A DNA stretch of 64,000 bases, from the NCBI GenBank assembly GCA_002011475.1, contig MTNP01000008.1, positions 4,037-68,036 on the forward strand, given 5' to 3'. This document shows positions 8,628-18,881 of the stretch, piece after piece. The stretch is from Dehalococcoides sp. JdFR-54 (lineage in GTDB: Bacteria > Chloroflexota > Dehalococcoidia > JdFR-54). Under the pieces are notes generated by a model. The model saw only the letters and a program-made list of their open reading frames with translations, was not told the DNA's origin and made no database searches. The position numbers and the translations under genes are program-made. Each line of letters begins with the position of its first letter. Within the stretch, counting starts at the first letter, position 1.

Positions 8628-9542
8628 ATGAGCAGGGCTGAAAAGGGCCTTATCTCCGAGATTCAGAGGTATAGTATTCATGATGGACCCGGGATAAGAA
8701 CGGTGGTCTTCGTCAAAGGCTGCCCTTTGCGCTGCCAATGGTGTCATAACCCGGAATCACAACGCCCCGTCCCAGAGCTCCTCTACTACCCGACCAAGTG
8801 CTCGAACTTCAGGAAATGCCTCGAGATCTGCCCTCTCGGTGCCCTAACCGAGGCCGGGGGCAAGATACAAATTGACCGCTCCCTGTGCAACAACTGTGGA
8901 GACTGCAGTCAGGCTTGCCCCACCGGCGCTCTGAAGATCGTGGGGGAATGGATGGGTCTCGACCCCTTGCTGGCCAAGATAAAGAAAGACCTGCCCTTTT
9001 ATCAAACTTCCGGGGGTGGGGTGACCATATCAGGGGGTGAGCCGGCATCCCAGCCCGAGTTCGTCGCCCAGCTTTTGAGAGAATGTCAGAGAAACGCTAT
9101 TCACACTGCCATTGAAACGTGTGGTTATGTAAAATGGGAGGTCCTTTCCCACATACTGAACTACACCAACCTGGTCCTCTATGACCTAAAAGTTATGGAC
9201 CCGGAAAAACACAAGGCGTTCACCGGGGTCTCCAACGAGCTGATTGTGCACAATGCACAGCGGTTGGCCCAGCAGAGGATTCCGACCATAATCCGGGTCC
9301 CCGTTGTCCCCGGATATACCGCCTCTAATGAGAATCTGGAGGCCATAGCCCGGTTTGCCGCCACGCTGAACTCCGTAGAGGAGATCCACCTGTTGCCCTA
9401 CCACAGACTAGGCGAAGCCAAATACCAGAAGCTGGACAGAGAGTACAAGTTGGAGGGGATCGCCCCCCTGAGGGAAGAGGAGCTGGAAACCCTAGCTCAC
9501 CTGGTGGAATCCTACGGGTTTAGGGTGCAAATAGGTGGCTAG
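8628..9542 (+). CDS. glycyl radical enzyme activating enzyme (radical SAM with ferredoxin insertion)
   Basis: HDGPGIRT, GCPLRCQWCHNPE, two extra Cys clusters, GVTISGGEP, LLPYH. Confidence 0.95.
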   Translation: MSRAEKGLISEIQRYSIHDGPGIRTVVFVKGCPLRCQWCHNPESQRPVPELLYYPTKCSNFRKCLEICPLGALTEAGGKIQIDRSLCNNCGDCSQACPTGALKIVGEWMGLDPLLAKIKKDLPFYQTSGGGVTISGGEPASQPEFVAQLLRECQRNAIHTAIETCGYVKWEVLSHILNYTNLVLYDLKVMDPEKHKAFTGVSNELIVHNAQRLAQQRIPTIIRVPVVPGYTASNENLEAIARFAATLNSVEEIHLLPYHRLGEAKYQKLDREYKLEGIAPLREEELETLAHLVESYGFRVQIGG

Positions 9543-9608
9543 GGGGCCCTATTCCATGAATTTAGAGCGTCCCGAGAAAGGACGAATCGAGAGGAAAAGG
9601 AGACAGCG

Positions 9609-10496
9609 ATGGTACAGCAGCCAGATTTGCTTGTCCAAGAGACGCCCGCCCAGCGCCTAGAGCAGGCTATTGTGGAGTTTGTCCGCTCCAGCCCGGAGAA
9701 CTGCCTCGCCAAAATAGATGGTAGCCCCATCTTTGAGGAACCGTTGGTGGCCTTTGCCGATGGCCACGATCCTCTCTTCCTCCAATACAAGACCATAATC
9801 GGCGACTTCCACCTCACCCCTCGGGAGGTTATGGAGCACCACTTCGGCCCAGAGGCTGCCCAGGTGGGCATCAGCGTCGTCTCCTGGGTGCTGCCCATCG
9901 CCAGGAAGACCCGAATGTCCAATCGCAGAATGAGCCACCGCCCCAGCCAGCGCTGGTCCCATACCCGCTGGTATGGCGAGCATTTCAACGACCAGCTTCG
10001 TCAACATGTGGTGGCTCTGCTGACGAATTGGGGCTATCGGGCGGTAGCTCCAGCCCTGAGCAGCCTCTTCCACATAGTGGAGCACTTCGGCGCCAGGATC
10101 TCTAACTGGTCGGAGAGGCACGTCGCCTATGCAGCCGGTCTGGGCACCTTCAGCCTGAATGACGGCTTTATTACCCCTAAGGGAATTGCCATGAGGTGCG
10201 GCAGCGTGGTCACAGATCTCAGCCTCCCTGCCAGCCCTAGAAACTACTCCTCCCACACTGCCAACTGCCGATTCTATAGGGGCATCTCCTGCCAGGTTTG
10301 TGCTGAGCGTTGCCCCGCCGGTGCTATCACCGCCCAGGGCCATGATAAGACACTATGCAATAGATATATGCGCGAAACCCTCCGCCACCTCCGGGGAGAA
10401 TACGGTGTGGACATCGTCGGGTGCGGTCTGTGCCAGACCAAAGTCCCTTGCGAATCTCGAATCCCGTCTGCTCGAGGGAGCCAGGCCAGCGCCTGA
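9609..10496 (+). CDS. second QueG/reductive dehalogenase-like Fe-S protein
   Basis: SNWSERHVAYAAGLGTFSLNDGFIT...RCGSVVTD, CQVCAERCP, CGLCQTKVPC. Confidence 0.8.
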   Translation: MVQQPDLLVQETPAQRLEQAIVEFVRSSPENCLAKIDGSPIFEEPLVAFADGHDPLFLQYKTIIGDFHLTPREVMEHHFGPEAAQVGISVVSWVLPIARKTRMSNRRMSHRPSQRWSHTRWYGEHFNDQLRQHVVALLTNWGYRAVAPALSSLFHIVEHFGARISNWSERHVAYAAGLGTFSLNDGFITPKGIAMRCGSVVTDLSLPASPRNYSSHTANCRFYRGISCQVCAERCPAGAITAQGHDKTLCNRYMRETLRHLRGEYGVDIVGCGLCQTKVPCESRIPSARGSQASA

Positions 10497-10503
10497 TGTT
10501 GCC

Positions 10504-11724
10504 TTAGATAACGCCGGCCGCTCTAAGGGCAGCTATCTTCTCCTCACTATAGCCCAGGAGGTGCCGAAAAACCTCGTCGTTGTGCTCACCCAGTCTGGGC
10601 GCGGTGCTCCGCACCCTGCCGGGCGTGAGGGAAAATTTGCCGATGACGTTGGGCATTTTCACCGGGCCGATGTCCGGGTCCTGAACCTCGATGATGTTCT
10701 CCCGCTCCCAGAATAGAGGGTCCTGGAAGATATCGGCCATATTTTGTACCGGCCCCGCCGGGACCCCAGCGTCATCCAGGATATCCACCACCTCTTTCAA
10801 GGTATGCTCCTTGGTCCACTCCTCAACGATGCGGTTGATCTCCTCCCTATTCTCCGCCCGAGCGCTCTGGCTCACGAATCGGGGGTCGGTGGCCAGTTCC
10901 GGCCTGCCCATGGCCTGGCTCAGGCGCCTGAAAACGGGGTCAGTGCTACAGGTGATGGATACCCAGTGGTCGTCCCTGGATTTCCAGATGCCCAGGGGGG
11001 CAGTGCCAGGGAAATCGTTGCCCGTCCTTTCCTGGAGGATGCCCATCTTGTCCCACAGGGCCGGCTGATATTCCTGAAGCCGAAACAGGCCCTCGTAGAC
11101 CGCCAGGTCGATATACTGCCCCTGCCCCCCACCGATGGTATCCCTATAGTAAAGGGCGAACATGATGGACAGGGCGCCGAATATCCCGGTGATGTAGTCG
11201 GCCAGGGATATGGGCGGGTTTAGGGGCGGGCGATCGGGATACCCGGTAATATAGGTCAACCCACTACGTGCCTGACAGGTCATGCCAAAGCCGGCCTTGT
11301 GTCGGTCCGGGCCGGTCTGCCCATATCCAGAGATGCTAAGCATAATGATGCCGGGGTTCACCTCCTTCAGGTCCTCATAGGCAAGGTTCCACTCCGCCAC
11401 CGTGCCCGGGCGGAAGTTCTCGACCACCACATCAGAGATCTTCGCCAGGTCCTTGATCACCCCCTGCCCCTCACGCCTGCGCATATCAACGGTGATGCTT
11501 TTCTTATTGCGGCCGTTCACCGTCCACCACAGGGATTGCCCCTGGTATTTGGGACTCATCCCTCTCAGGCCATCGCCGACCCCCGGCTGCTCCACTTTGA
11601 TAACCTGGGCCCCGAAATCGCCGAGCAGAGAGCAAGCGAAAGGCGCCGCCAAGACATGGCCTATCTCCAGAACCCTTACCTTGGACAAAGGAAGCTCAGT
11701 GGAATTCCTCTCAACCTGCGCCAT
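10504..11724 (-). CDS. CaiB/BaiF family III CoA-transferase
   Basis: LGDFGAQVIKVE, RNKKS, ENFRPG, GYGQTGP, catalytic Asp in LADY. Start placed at ATG 11724 after GGAGG. Confidence 0.93.
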   Translation of the reverse strand: MAQVERNSTELPLSKVRVLEIGHVLAAPFACSLLGDFGAQVIKVEQPGVGDGLRGMSPKYQGQSLWWTVNGRNKKSITVDMRRREGQGVIKDLAKISDVVVENFRPGTVAEWNLAYEDLKEVNPGIIMLSISGYGQTGPDRHKAGFGMTCQARSGLTYITGYPDRPPLNPPISLADYITGIFGALSIMFALYYRDTIGGGQGQYIDLAVYEGLFRLQEYQPALWDKMGILQERTGNDFPGTAPLGIWKSRDDHWVSITCSTDPVFRRLSQAMGRPELATDPRFVSQSARAENREEINRIVEEWTKEHTLKEVVDILDDAGVPAGPVQNMADIFQDPLFWERENIIEVQDPDIGPVKMPNVIGKFSLTPGRVRSTAPRLGEHNDEVFRHLLGYSEEKIAALRAAGVI

Positions 11725-11783
11725 AGGACATCCCTCCTCCGCCGACTTGGAATGGCTTGTCATCGGCTTTCGGTCTGGGCAAA

Positions 11784-11868
11784 AGTATAGAGGCTCACCG
11801 CCCCTGCGTCAAGTTTGTGCGTCGTCCTCCTCTATATTGTTGACAATCTTGCCTTCAATGGCTATACT
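11784..11868. promoter_or_regulatory. divergent sigma70 promoter pair
   Basis: Minus: TTGACG-17-TATACT (11812-11784). Plus: TTGACA-17-TATACT (11840-11868). Confidence 0.7.
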
Positions 11869-11975
11869 CTTCATTGGCGTGCGTCCTATCCCCTGAATGC
11901 CGTTGGCGAGAAGGAAACCCTGACTGCGCCTTCAAAGGCGGAAAGTTTGTTGCACATCATAGGGAAGGAGGGGAA

Positions 11976-12899
11976 ATGAACAGGTCGAAATCGATCACCA
12001 TCATAGAGGTGGGGCCCCGGGATGGATTCCAGAACCTGGCCGATGAGATTCCCACTGCCGACAAGATCAGGATTGTGGACCTCCTAGCTGATACTGGTCT
12101 GAAGATGATCGAGACTTCATCCTTTGTTCATCCCAAATGGATACCCCAACTGAAGGATGCCGCCGAGGTATTTGCCGGCATCCATAAGAAGCCCGGCGTC
12201 TCCTATAGCGCCTTGATCCCCAATGAGAAGGGCCTGGACAGGGCCATCGAGTGTGGGGTGGGCGAGGTGGTGTTCGTGGTCGCTGCCAGCAATAGCCTGA
12301 ACCGCGCCAATCAGAACATGACCACGGAGGAATCATTGGCCTACCTGGAACCTATTGCCCAAAAGTCGAGACGACACGGCATTCGGGTGCGCGGCATTAT
12401 CGCTGCCTCCTTCGGCTGCTCCTACGAAGGAGAGGTTCCCATCAAGCAGGTCATCGACATCGGAAAGGAGCTGCGGCGGATGGGTGCCTTCGAGATCTCC
12501 CTGGCGGATTCCTTCGGGATGGCCCACCCTCGCCAGGTTAGGCAGGTGGTATCCCGGTTTCTGAGGGAAATAAACGATGTGAGCGTGGGCGTCCATTTCC
12601 ACGATACCAAGGGCACAGGCACGGCCAACGCTTACGCCGCCTTTGAGGCTGGGGTCAATGTCTTCGAGTCCTCCATCGCCGGCCTGGGGGGCTGTCCCTA
12701 TGCCTTAGGCGCCCCCGGAAATGTGGCCACAGAGAGCCTGGTTTACATGTTCCATAAGATGGGCATAGACTCCGGCATAGACCTAGACAAATTGTTGGCC
12801 TGTGCCGAAACGGTTAAGGAGATCGTGGGCTGGCCCCCCAAGACCTGGTCCTCCGAGAGAACCCGCTGGAACTGGAAGGAAGCCTCGGTGCCGGCGTAA
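11976..12899 (+). CDS. hydroxymethylglutaryl-CoA lyase family protein
   Basis: EVGPRDGFQN, SFVHPKWIPQL, HFHDT, GLGGCPYA, GNVATE. Start after GGAGG. Confidence 0.92.
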   Translation: MNRSKSITIIEVGPRDGFQNLADEIPTADKIRIVDLLADTGLKMIETSSFVHPKWIPQLKDAAEVFAGIHKKPGVSYSALIPNEKGLDRAIECGVGEVVFVVAASNSLNRANQNMTTEESLAYLEPIAQKSRRHGIRVRGIIAASFGCSYEGEVPIKQVIDIGKELRRMGAFEISLADSFGMAHPRQVRQVVSRFLREINDVSVGVHFHDTKGTGTANAYAAFEAGVNVFESSIAGLGGCPYALGAPGNVATESLVYMFHKMGIDSGIDLDKLLACAETVKEIVGWPPKTWSSERTRWNWKEASVPA

Positions 12900-12931
12900 C
12901 ATCCCCTGCCAGTTTATGGAAAGGATAGGCC

Positions 12932-13816
12932 ATGCGAGCCCAAGTGACCCTCACCCCCACTGAGTCGAAGAAACTGATTGCCAAGGCGGTGGCGAGGATG
13001 GACATAGTGAAGCGGGCCTTGGCACAGGGAACAGTAGTTCTGCACCCCAGCAGTAGCACCTACTTCATCGTAGAAGAGATCACCAGGGATAAGCCCAAGA
13101 CCAATACCTGGGTCTGCGGCATCGTAGCCCCCAAGGGTACCTGCGTAGAGATGGGCTCTGCCATAGGCAGTCATTCCATAGTCTCAAAAGTGACCCAGGA
13201 GAGTGCCACTACCAATCCCAAGGCTTTCCGGCATTCCTGGGTCATTAGAGGCGGCGAAATGACCACGGGTATACCCCTCGGCTCCCTCCTGGAGGATTTA
13301 GGCCCTGAGGATGTCTATATAAAGGGCGTGAATGCCCTAGATACAGAGGGCAACGTCGGCGTCCTCATCGGCAATCCCATAGAGGGAGGCACTATCGGAC
13401 AGGTAATGGCTGCCTCCAGGGGAAAGGGATTTAACGTTATCTTCCCAGTGGGCCTGGAGAAGTTGATCCCCATTCCCGTCAAAGAGGCGGCTAAGGAGGC
13501 CCTGAGAACGAGCTATGAGTACGCCATGGGTATAGGCTGTGCCCTATTCCCCTGCCAAGGGATAACGGTGACCGAGCCCAAGGCCATCGAGATCCTCAGC
13601 GGCGCCACGGCCATCCCTATTTCGGCGGGCGGTTTAGGCGGGGCGGAGGGATCGGTAACGCTGGTCATTAGGGGGGATGAAGAGCAAGTTCGTAAGGCCA
13701 TTGATTATGCGGAGCAGTCCAAAGGGGCCAGATTACCCCAGGTGCGCACCTTTAATTGCCATCAGTGCGACGTCTCATTCTGTTACTTCCCGGTGGGCGA
13801 TAAGCCTTGGGCCTGA
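12932..13816 (+). CDS. hypothetical protein (Gly-rich, C-terminal CxxC-x4-C)
   Basis: Long ORF with RBS and coding-like composition; IKGVNALD, GGTIG, PVGLEKLIP, AGGLGGAEG. Function not recognised. Confidence 0.7.
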   Translation: MRAQVTLTPTESKKLIAKAVARMDIVKRALAQGTVVLHPSSSTYFIVEEITRDKPKTNTWVCGIVAPKGTCVEMGSAIGSHSIVSKVTQESATTNPKAFRHSWVIRGGEMTTGIPLGSLLEDLGPEDVYIKGVNALDTEGNVGVLIGNPIEGGTIGQVMAASRGKGFNVIFPVGLEKLIPIPVKEAAKEALRTSYEYAMGIGCALFPCQGITVTEPKAIEILSGATAIPISAGGLGGAEGSVTLVIRGDEEQVRKAIDYAEQSKGARLPQVRTFNCHQCDVSFCYFPVGDKPWA

Positions 13817-14017
13817 GTGGGCGACTCCCAAGGGATGGGATAGTGACCAGGATGTCCCAAAGCATGTGCGGTGGCCGCCCAGGTCGGCGCCGAGAAGATG
13901 CTAGAGTTAATGCCTGAGCCTGCTGCAAAGTGAGGCAGTGGCAAATAGCTTGGCCTTTTTACGCATACCTCAGGAGTTCCACGTCTCCACACGACTTCAA
14001 GGGGAGGAATTAGAGTA

Positions 14018-14947
14018 ATGCAGGAGCTTCTGGTGAGCAGGAAAACCCTTTATGACCTGATGTACAATTCCATCGTCATGGCAGCTACTATTATGCCCTC
14101 CGATGTCAAAGACGAAATCCTGAGCCTGATAGCCGAGGAGACCAACGAGATCGCCCGATTGCATCTGGAGTCTACCATGCGGAACTGCATTGAGCTGGGG
14201 GAGAAGGAGGACAGGCTACTTTGTCCCGATACCGGAACTCCCCTATATTATGTAAGGGTAGGCAATAACGTGAGGATAGAGGGAGGATTCTCCGCCCTAT
14301 ATGATGAGAGCAAGAAGGCGGTCAGCGATGCCACGGCCAATGCCAAGCTGAGACCTAACATGGTTCATCCCATAACCCGCAAGAGCACCGGGAACAATAT
14401 TGGCCACTACGTGCCCAGGGTGGAGATAAGGTTCGACCCGGATATAGATTATATGGACGTTATCGCCGTTCCCAAAGGAGGCGGCTCTGAGATCTTCGGC
14501 ACCTTTTATCGCGTGATGTACCCCGCCGACGGCAGAAAGGGGATAATGAAGTTCATCCTAGATTGTATCAAGGAGTCCACCTATGCCGGAAAGACCTGCC
14601 CGCCCAATGTGCTCGGCATCGGCATCGGGGGCACCGCGGACATCTGCATGAAGATAGCCAAGGAAGCGGCGGTGCTGCGACCCATCGGCAGTCGCCACCC
14701 CGACAAGGATATAGCTGACCTGGAGCTGGAAGTGGTGGAACTCATAAAAACGGCAGGGGCAGGGCCCATGGGGATGGGTGGTACCTCCGGGGTGCTGGAT
14801 GTACACATCGAATACGCGGTTACCCATACCGCCGGATTGCCCATAGCCTTTAATGCCCAGTGTGCCCTCAGCCGGCGGAAGGTGGCCCGCATTACCCCGG
14901 ACGGGCAAATCACCTACAGCGATTTCCCCCAATGGGAATACAGGTAA
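14018..14947 (+). CDS. Fe-S hydro-lyase, fumarate hydratase/tartrate dehydratase alpha subunit
   Basis: CPDTG, LRPNMVHP, PKGGGSE, CPP, GIGIGGT, GPMGMGG. Confidence 0.92.
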   Translation: MQELLVSRKTLYDLMYNSIVMAATIMPSDVKDEILSLIAEETNEIARLHLESTMRNCIELGEKEDRLLCPDTGTPLYYVRVGNNVRIEGGFSALYDESKKAVSDATANAKLRPNMVHPITRKSTGNNIGHYVPRVEIRFDPDIDYMDVIAVPKGGGSEIFGTFYRVMYPADGRKGIMKFILDCIKESTYAGKTCPPNVLGIGIGGTADICMKIAKEAAVLRPIGSRHPDKDIADLELEVVELIKTAGAGPMGMGGTSGVLDVHIEYAVTHTAGLPIAFNAQCALSRRKVARITPDGQITYSDFPQWEYR

Positions 14948-14985
14948 TAGGTCTTGTCCCAGCCAGTGAGTAGGAGGAATTGAAC

Positions 14986-15609
14986 ATGGCCACGAAAAGA
15001 CTGACCATCCCCCTCTCCCAAGAAGACGTCCGGGGGCTAAAGGTCGGCGACATTGTCTACTTGGATGGGCTCATCTACACGGCGAGGTCGCTGTTTCAGT
15101 TACAGGTCGTGGAGCAGGACATACTGCCGCCCATCGATTTCAGCAGACTGAATGTAATGGTTCATATAGGCCCGGTGATGAAGAAGGTGGGAGATAGCTG
15201 GATGCCAGTGAGCATGGCCCCCACGTCCAGCATTCGCTTTGAGAAGCTGGGGCCCACCATAATCAAGAAGCTGGGCGTCAGGGCCTTCATCGGCAAGACT
15301 ACCATGGGCGAGAAGACCATGCAGGCCATGAAAGAGTACGGCTGTGTCCACCTCTCTGTAGTTGGGGTGATGGGCAACATCTTCGCCAAACAGGTCAAGC
15401 GAGTGGTGGAGGTGCATAACCTGGAGTTGGGCATCCCTGAAGCCACCTGGGTGATGGAAGTGGAAAACGCCGGGCCCTTCATCGTGGATATTGATACTCA
15501 CGGCAACAACCTGTTCCACCAAGTAAATGCCGAGGTGGAGAAAAGATTCGACCAAGTCTATGAGAAGTATGGGCTCAAGGACTTTGCCTATACCAACGTG
15601 GGTGCCTGA
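14986..15609 (+). CDS. Fe-S hydro-lyase, fumarate hydratase/tartrate dehydratase beta subunit
   Basis: LKVGDIVYLDGLIYTAR, GPV, PTSSIR, ELGIPEA, IDTHGNNL. Confidence 0.9.
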   Translation: MATKRLTIPLSQEDVRGLKVGDIVYLDGLIYTARSLFQLQVVEQDILPPIDFSRLNVMVHIGPVMKKVGDSWMPVSMAPTSSIRFEKLGPTIIKKLGVRAFIGKTTMGEKTMQAMKEYGCVHLSVVGVMGNIFAKQVKRVVEVHNLELGIPEATWVMEVENAGPFIVDIDTHGNNLFHQVNAEVEKRFDQVYEKYGLKDFAYTNVGA

Positions 15610-15645
15610 GCTAGATCAGAAGAACTCACCGAGTTTTCCCGGAAG

Positions 15646-15846
15646 ATGAGCTACAAGAAGCTGGGATTCGCCTTCTGTGCCAGGGTGACCCATGAGGCCC
15701 TGGGAGAGCTGATAGAGAGGTTCCATAAGTTTTCAGCACCGGTTTTCTCCGAAAGCCGAAGGCGTGAGATCATAGCCAAGGTGAGGTCGGTGGAGGCCGA
15801 GGCGGCGATCTCCAATTTGACCAGTTTGTTCGTAAAAGAAACCTGA
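15646..15846 (+). pseudogene. probable C-terminal remnant of an MmgE/PrpD family gene
   Basis: ELIERFHKFSAPVFSESRRREIIAKVRSVE resembles the MmgE/PrpD C-terminus (compare DLIAKFRDCA...VIQMVTNLE at 37150-37260). No N-terminal part is present. Confidence 0.45.
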
Positions 15847-15864
15847 AAGGAGGCAAGGAGCGTC

Positions 15865-16296
15865 ATGGCCGAAGCTGCCATCTGGAACCTGAAAGAGGTC
15901 TTAGAGCGGAGCCGCGTCTCTGATGAGGATGTCAAGGGAAAGGGCTTTGCCGAGTCCATCAGCAGAACCTTTCTGGTACAGAGCAAGTACCTTTCCGTAG
16001 TACTGGTACAGGCACAGCCTCAGACTTCCCCTTACTTGCACACCCATCAGGACCACGACGAGGTCATCCTCGTCCTGGAGGGGGAGGGCGAGTTCGTTTC
16101 TGGAGACATCACCAAGAAGGTCGGGCCTGGAGACCTCATCTATGCCCCCGCGGGCACGGTACACGCGCCCAACTTTCCTGGTAAAGCGGTGAGGCTAGCC
16201 ATCTACGCGCCCCACTTCGACCCCGACAGACCCGATAGGGTGGAAGTGAAGCCTTCGGGCTGGATGCGTGAAGGCAAGGCCGCCTCACCGGATTAG
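15865..16296 (+). CDS. cupin domain protein
   Basis: HTHQDHDEVILVLEGEG...GDLIYAPAGTVH. Confidence 0.9.
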   Translation: MAEAAIWNLKEVLERSRVSDEDVKGKGFAESISRTFLVQSKYLSVVLVQAQPQTSPYLHTHQDHDEVILVLEGEGEFVSGDITKKVGPGDLIYAPAGTVHAPNFPGKAVRLAIYAPHFDPDRPDRVEVKPSGWMREGKAASPD

Positions 16297-16352
16297 AAGA
16301 TGCCTCCTCCCCCTTTGTCTAGGACATAGAAGCTTGGCTGAGGGAATGCAAT

Positions 16353-17621
16353 ATGGCTAGAATCTATGAGTATCAAGGAAAGCAATTGCTCAAAGCTGTA
16401 GGGATACCTGTTCCTCAGGGGGATGTGGCTGCCACCCCTGAAGAGGTCCGCAGGATTGCAGCAAGCATAGGAAAGCCTGTGGCCATCAAGGCTCAGATAT
16501 GGGTCACGGGGCGTTTCAAGGCGGGCGGCATAAGATTCGCCAGCGACTCTGAAGAGGCGGAGAAAATCGCTCAGGAATTCCTGGGAAGTAGGATCAAGGG
16601 CTTGCTTGTAGAACAGGTGCTCGTTGAAGAGAAACTGGATGTGGATCGTGAGTTCTATGTCGGCGTAATCGTGAACGACTCCTACAAGGTTAGGGCCCCG
16701 GTCTTGGTGTTCTGTAGCGAGGGTGGGGTGGATGTGGAGGAGGTGGCCGCCCGAAATCCGGAACGGGTAGCTACCCTGCCCGTCGATTACCTCAAGGGGG
16801 TGGGGCCCTCGGAGGCGCAAGAGCTAATAGCCAAGATGTCCCTAGAAGCTGCCCTGTCCTCTGAGCTGGTCAAGGTCATCTCCGGCCTCTACCAGGCTTT
16901 CCAGAAGTACGATGCCCGGGTGGCCGAGATCAACCCCCTGGTCTTCACCAAAGACGGCCGTATCTATGCAGCGGATTGCCGGTTCACCCTCGATGATAAC
17001 GCCCTCTTCCGCCACCCCGAGTTCGGCATTAAGGTCCCTCGGGACATGGATCGAGAGCCCACCGAACTCGAGGAGATCGCCTGGCAGATAGAAGAAACCG
17101 ACTACCGGGGAACGGGCTACTTCACTCAGCTAGTCCCCGAGGTCAAAGAGGAGGGCTACGTCGGCTTCCACGGCATAGGCGGGGGGGCAGCCATGCTGGC
17201 GGCTAGCGCCCTGCTAACCCGCGGGCTGAAGATAGCTGACTATGCAGATACCAGCGGCGACCCACCCGCCAGCAAGGTGTATAAGGTGATCAAATGCATC
17301 TTGGCACTGCCCGTCGATGGCTATGTATTGATGGGCTCGGTCCTCGCCAACCAAGAACAATGGCATCATGCCCATGCCATCGTTAAAGCCTTGAGGGAGG
17401 AGCTGAAGGATAGGCCCGGATTCCCCGTGCTGCTCCTCGTCGCCGGGAACAAGGAAAACGAATCCCACCAGATCATCAGAGATGGCCTGAAGGACCTGCC
17501 CATACGCTGGGAACTCTACGGGCGGGATTACATCTACAAGACCGATTTCATAGCCGACAGGGCGGCGGACTTGGTGAAGGCCTATCTGGAAGAGAAACAC
17601 CACAAAGCAGCAGGCAGGTGA
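16353..17621 (+). CDS. ADP-forming acyl-CoA synthetase beta subunit (SucC-like, divergent)
   Basis: YEYQGK, KAQIWVTGRFKAGGI, EGGVDVEE, EINPL, DDNALFRHP. The C-terminal ligase domain is atypical. Confidence 0.88.
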   Translation: MARIYEYQGKQLLKAVGIPVPQGDVAATPEEVRRIAASIGKPVAIKAQIWVTGRFKAGGIRFASDSEEAEKIAQEFLGSRIKGLLVEQVLVEEKLDVDREFYVGVIVNDSYKVRAPVLVFCSEGGVDVEEVAARNPERVATLPVDYLKGVGPSEAQELIAKMSLEAALSSELVKVISGLYQAFQKYDARVAEINPLVFTKDGRIYAADCRFTLDDNALFRHPEFGIKVPRDMDREPTELEEIAWQIEETDYRGTGYFTQLVPEVKEEGYVGFHGIGGGAAMLAASALLTRGLKIADYADTSGDPPASKVYKVIKCILALPVDGYVLMGSVLANQEQWHHAHAIVKALREELKDRPGFPVLLLVAGNKENESHQIIRDGLKDLPIRWELYGRDYIYKTDFIADRAADLVKAYLEEKHHKAAGR

Positions 17622-17627
17622 ATCATC

Positions 17628-17966
17628 ATGGCCCAAGGAAAACTGGAGTTCGAGGCTCGAACCTCCAAGATCACCATCGATTACGACCGGTGTGAGCCGG
17701 CCACAAAGAACACCCCCAACCCCTCCTGCGGCTTCGCCTGTATTAAGGCCGACCGCTGCTACGGCCGAAATGTCCTGAAAATAGAGGGGAATAGACCTGT
17801 GCTTGCCAGTCCGAACCCGGAGGAGATAAGGCGTTTGTGCAACGAGTGTCTGGCCTGCGAATATGACTGCTGGCTCTATGGGGCGGGCTGTATCCACATC
17901 GAGATCCCCTTCCCCGACCTCGACGCCTATAAAGAGAAGGTCAGGACAGGAAAAAGAGGTGAGTAG
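17628..17966 (+). CDS. small Cys-rich ferredoxin-like protein
   Basis: IDYDRC...CGFACIKADRC...CNECLACEYDC...GCI; co-linear between sucC- and sucD-like genes. Confidence 0.7.
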   Translation: MAQGKLEFEARTSKITIDYDRCEPATKNTPNPSCGFACIKADRCYGRNVLKIEGNRPVLASPNPEEIRRLCNECLACEYDCWLYGAGCIHIEIPFPDLDAYKEKVRTGKRGE

Positions 17967-17968
17967 AG

Positions 17969-18868
17969 ATGGCCATAATCGTTGACAAGACCACCAGAGT
18001 GCTCGTCCAAGGTATCACGGGGCGATTCGGCGAATTCATAACCAGGAACATGCTGGAGGTCGGTACCAATGTAGTGGCCGGGGTGACCCCAGGGCGCGGG
18101 GGTCAGGCGGTATGGGGTATCCCCGTCTACAATACCGTTAGGGAGGCGATAGAAGAGCAGGGGCCCATAGATGCCAGCGTTGTCCTGGTACCTGGCCCAG
18201 ATGCTAAAAAGGCGGTGCTGGAGGCTTTCGACCAAGGGATAAAGACCCTGCTAATGGAGGTGGAGCGGGTCCCCCTGCACGACGCCTTGGAGGTAATAGC
18301 CCACGCCAAGAAAGCCGGCGCCCGATTGATCGGCCCCGGCTCCGCAGGGCTGGTCAGCCCCGGCAAGGCCTCCCTGGGCGTCTTCGGTTCCCCCGAGGAG
18401 TTAGCCCGGGTCGCCTTCATCCCGGGCCGGGTTGGGGTTATCTCGCGAAGCGGTGGGCAAACCTCCACCCTCTCCTGGAACGTCTGCCGCGCCGGGCTGG
18501 GCATAAGCACTGCCATCAACCTGGGCTCCGAGCCGGTCTTGGGCACCACCTTCGCCGAGCTTCTATGCCTGTTTCAAGCCGACGACGAGACCGACGGGGT
18601 AGCCTATTTCGGGGAGATCGGCACAGTCCAAGAAGAGGAGGCAGCGGAGGTTATCAAGGAGGGGAAGTATACCAAGCCGTTGGTAGCCTACGTCGCCGGC
18701 AGAGCCCTCCCCTCGGGGCTGCGCTTCTCCCACGCCAGCGCCATCATTGAGGGCGGCAGGGGCACAGCGGAGAGCAAGGTCAGGGCCCTGAAGGAGGCCG
18801 GAGTATACGTAGCCGATAGGCCGGAGGACATAGGCCCTACCTTAGCGCAGATCCTCAAACGCGACTAA
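17969..18868 (+). CDS. ADP-forming acyl-CoA synthetase alpha subunit (SucD-like)
   Basis: VQGITG, GVTPGRGG, SRSGG, GEIG, phospho-His in RFSHAS. Confidence 0.9.
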   Translation: MAIIVDKTTRVLVQGITGRFGEFITRNMLEVGTNVVAGVTPGRGGQAVWGIPVYNTVREAIEEQGPIDASVVLVPGPDAKKAVLEAFDQGIKTLLMEVERVPLHDALEVIAHAKKAGARLIGPGSAGLVSPGKASLGVFGSPEELARVAFIPGRVGVISRSGGQTSTLSWNVCRAGLGISTAINLGSEPVLGTTFAELLCLFQADDETDGVAYFGEIGTVQEEEAAEVIKEGKYTKPLVAYVAGRALPSGLRFSHASAIIEGGRGTAESKVRALKEAGVYVADRPEDIGPTLAQILKRD

Positions 18869-18881
18869 ATGGGAGATAGCC

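Noticed and set aside
13817-14010. Possible ncRNA or riboswitch in the intergenic gap
   Set aside because: No convincing stem set or known consensus found by eye.
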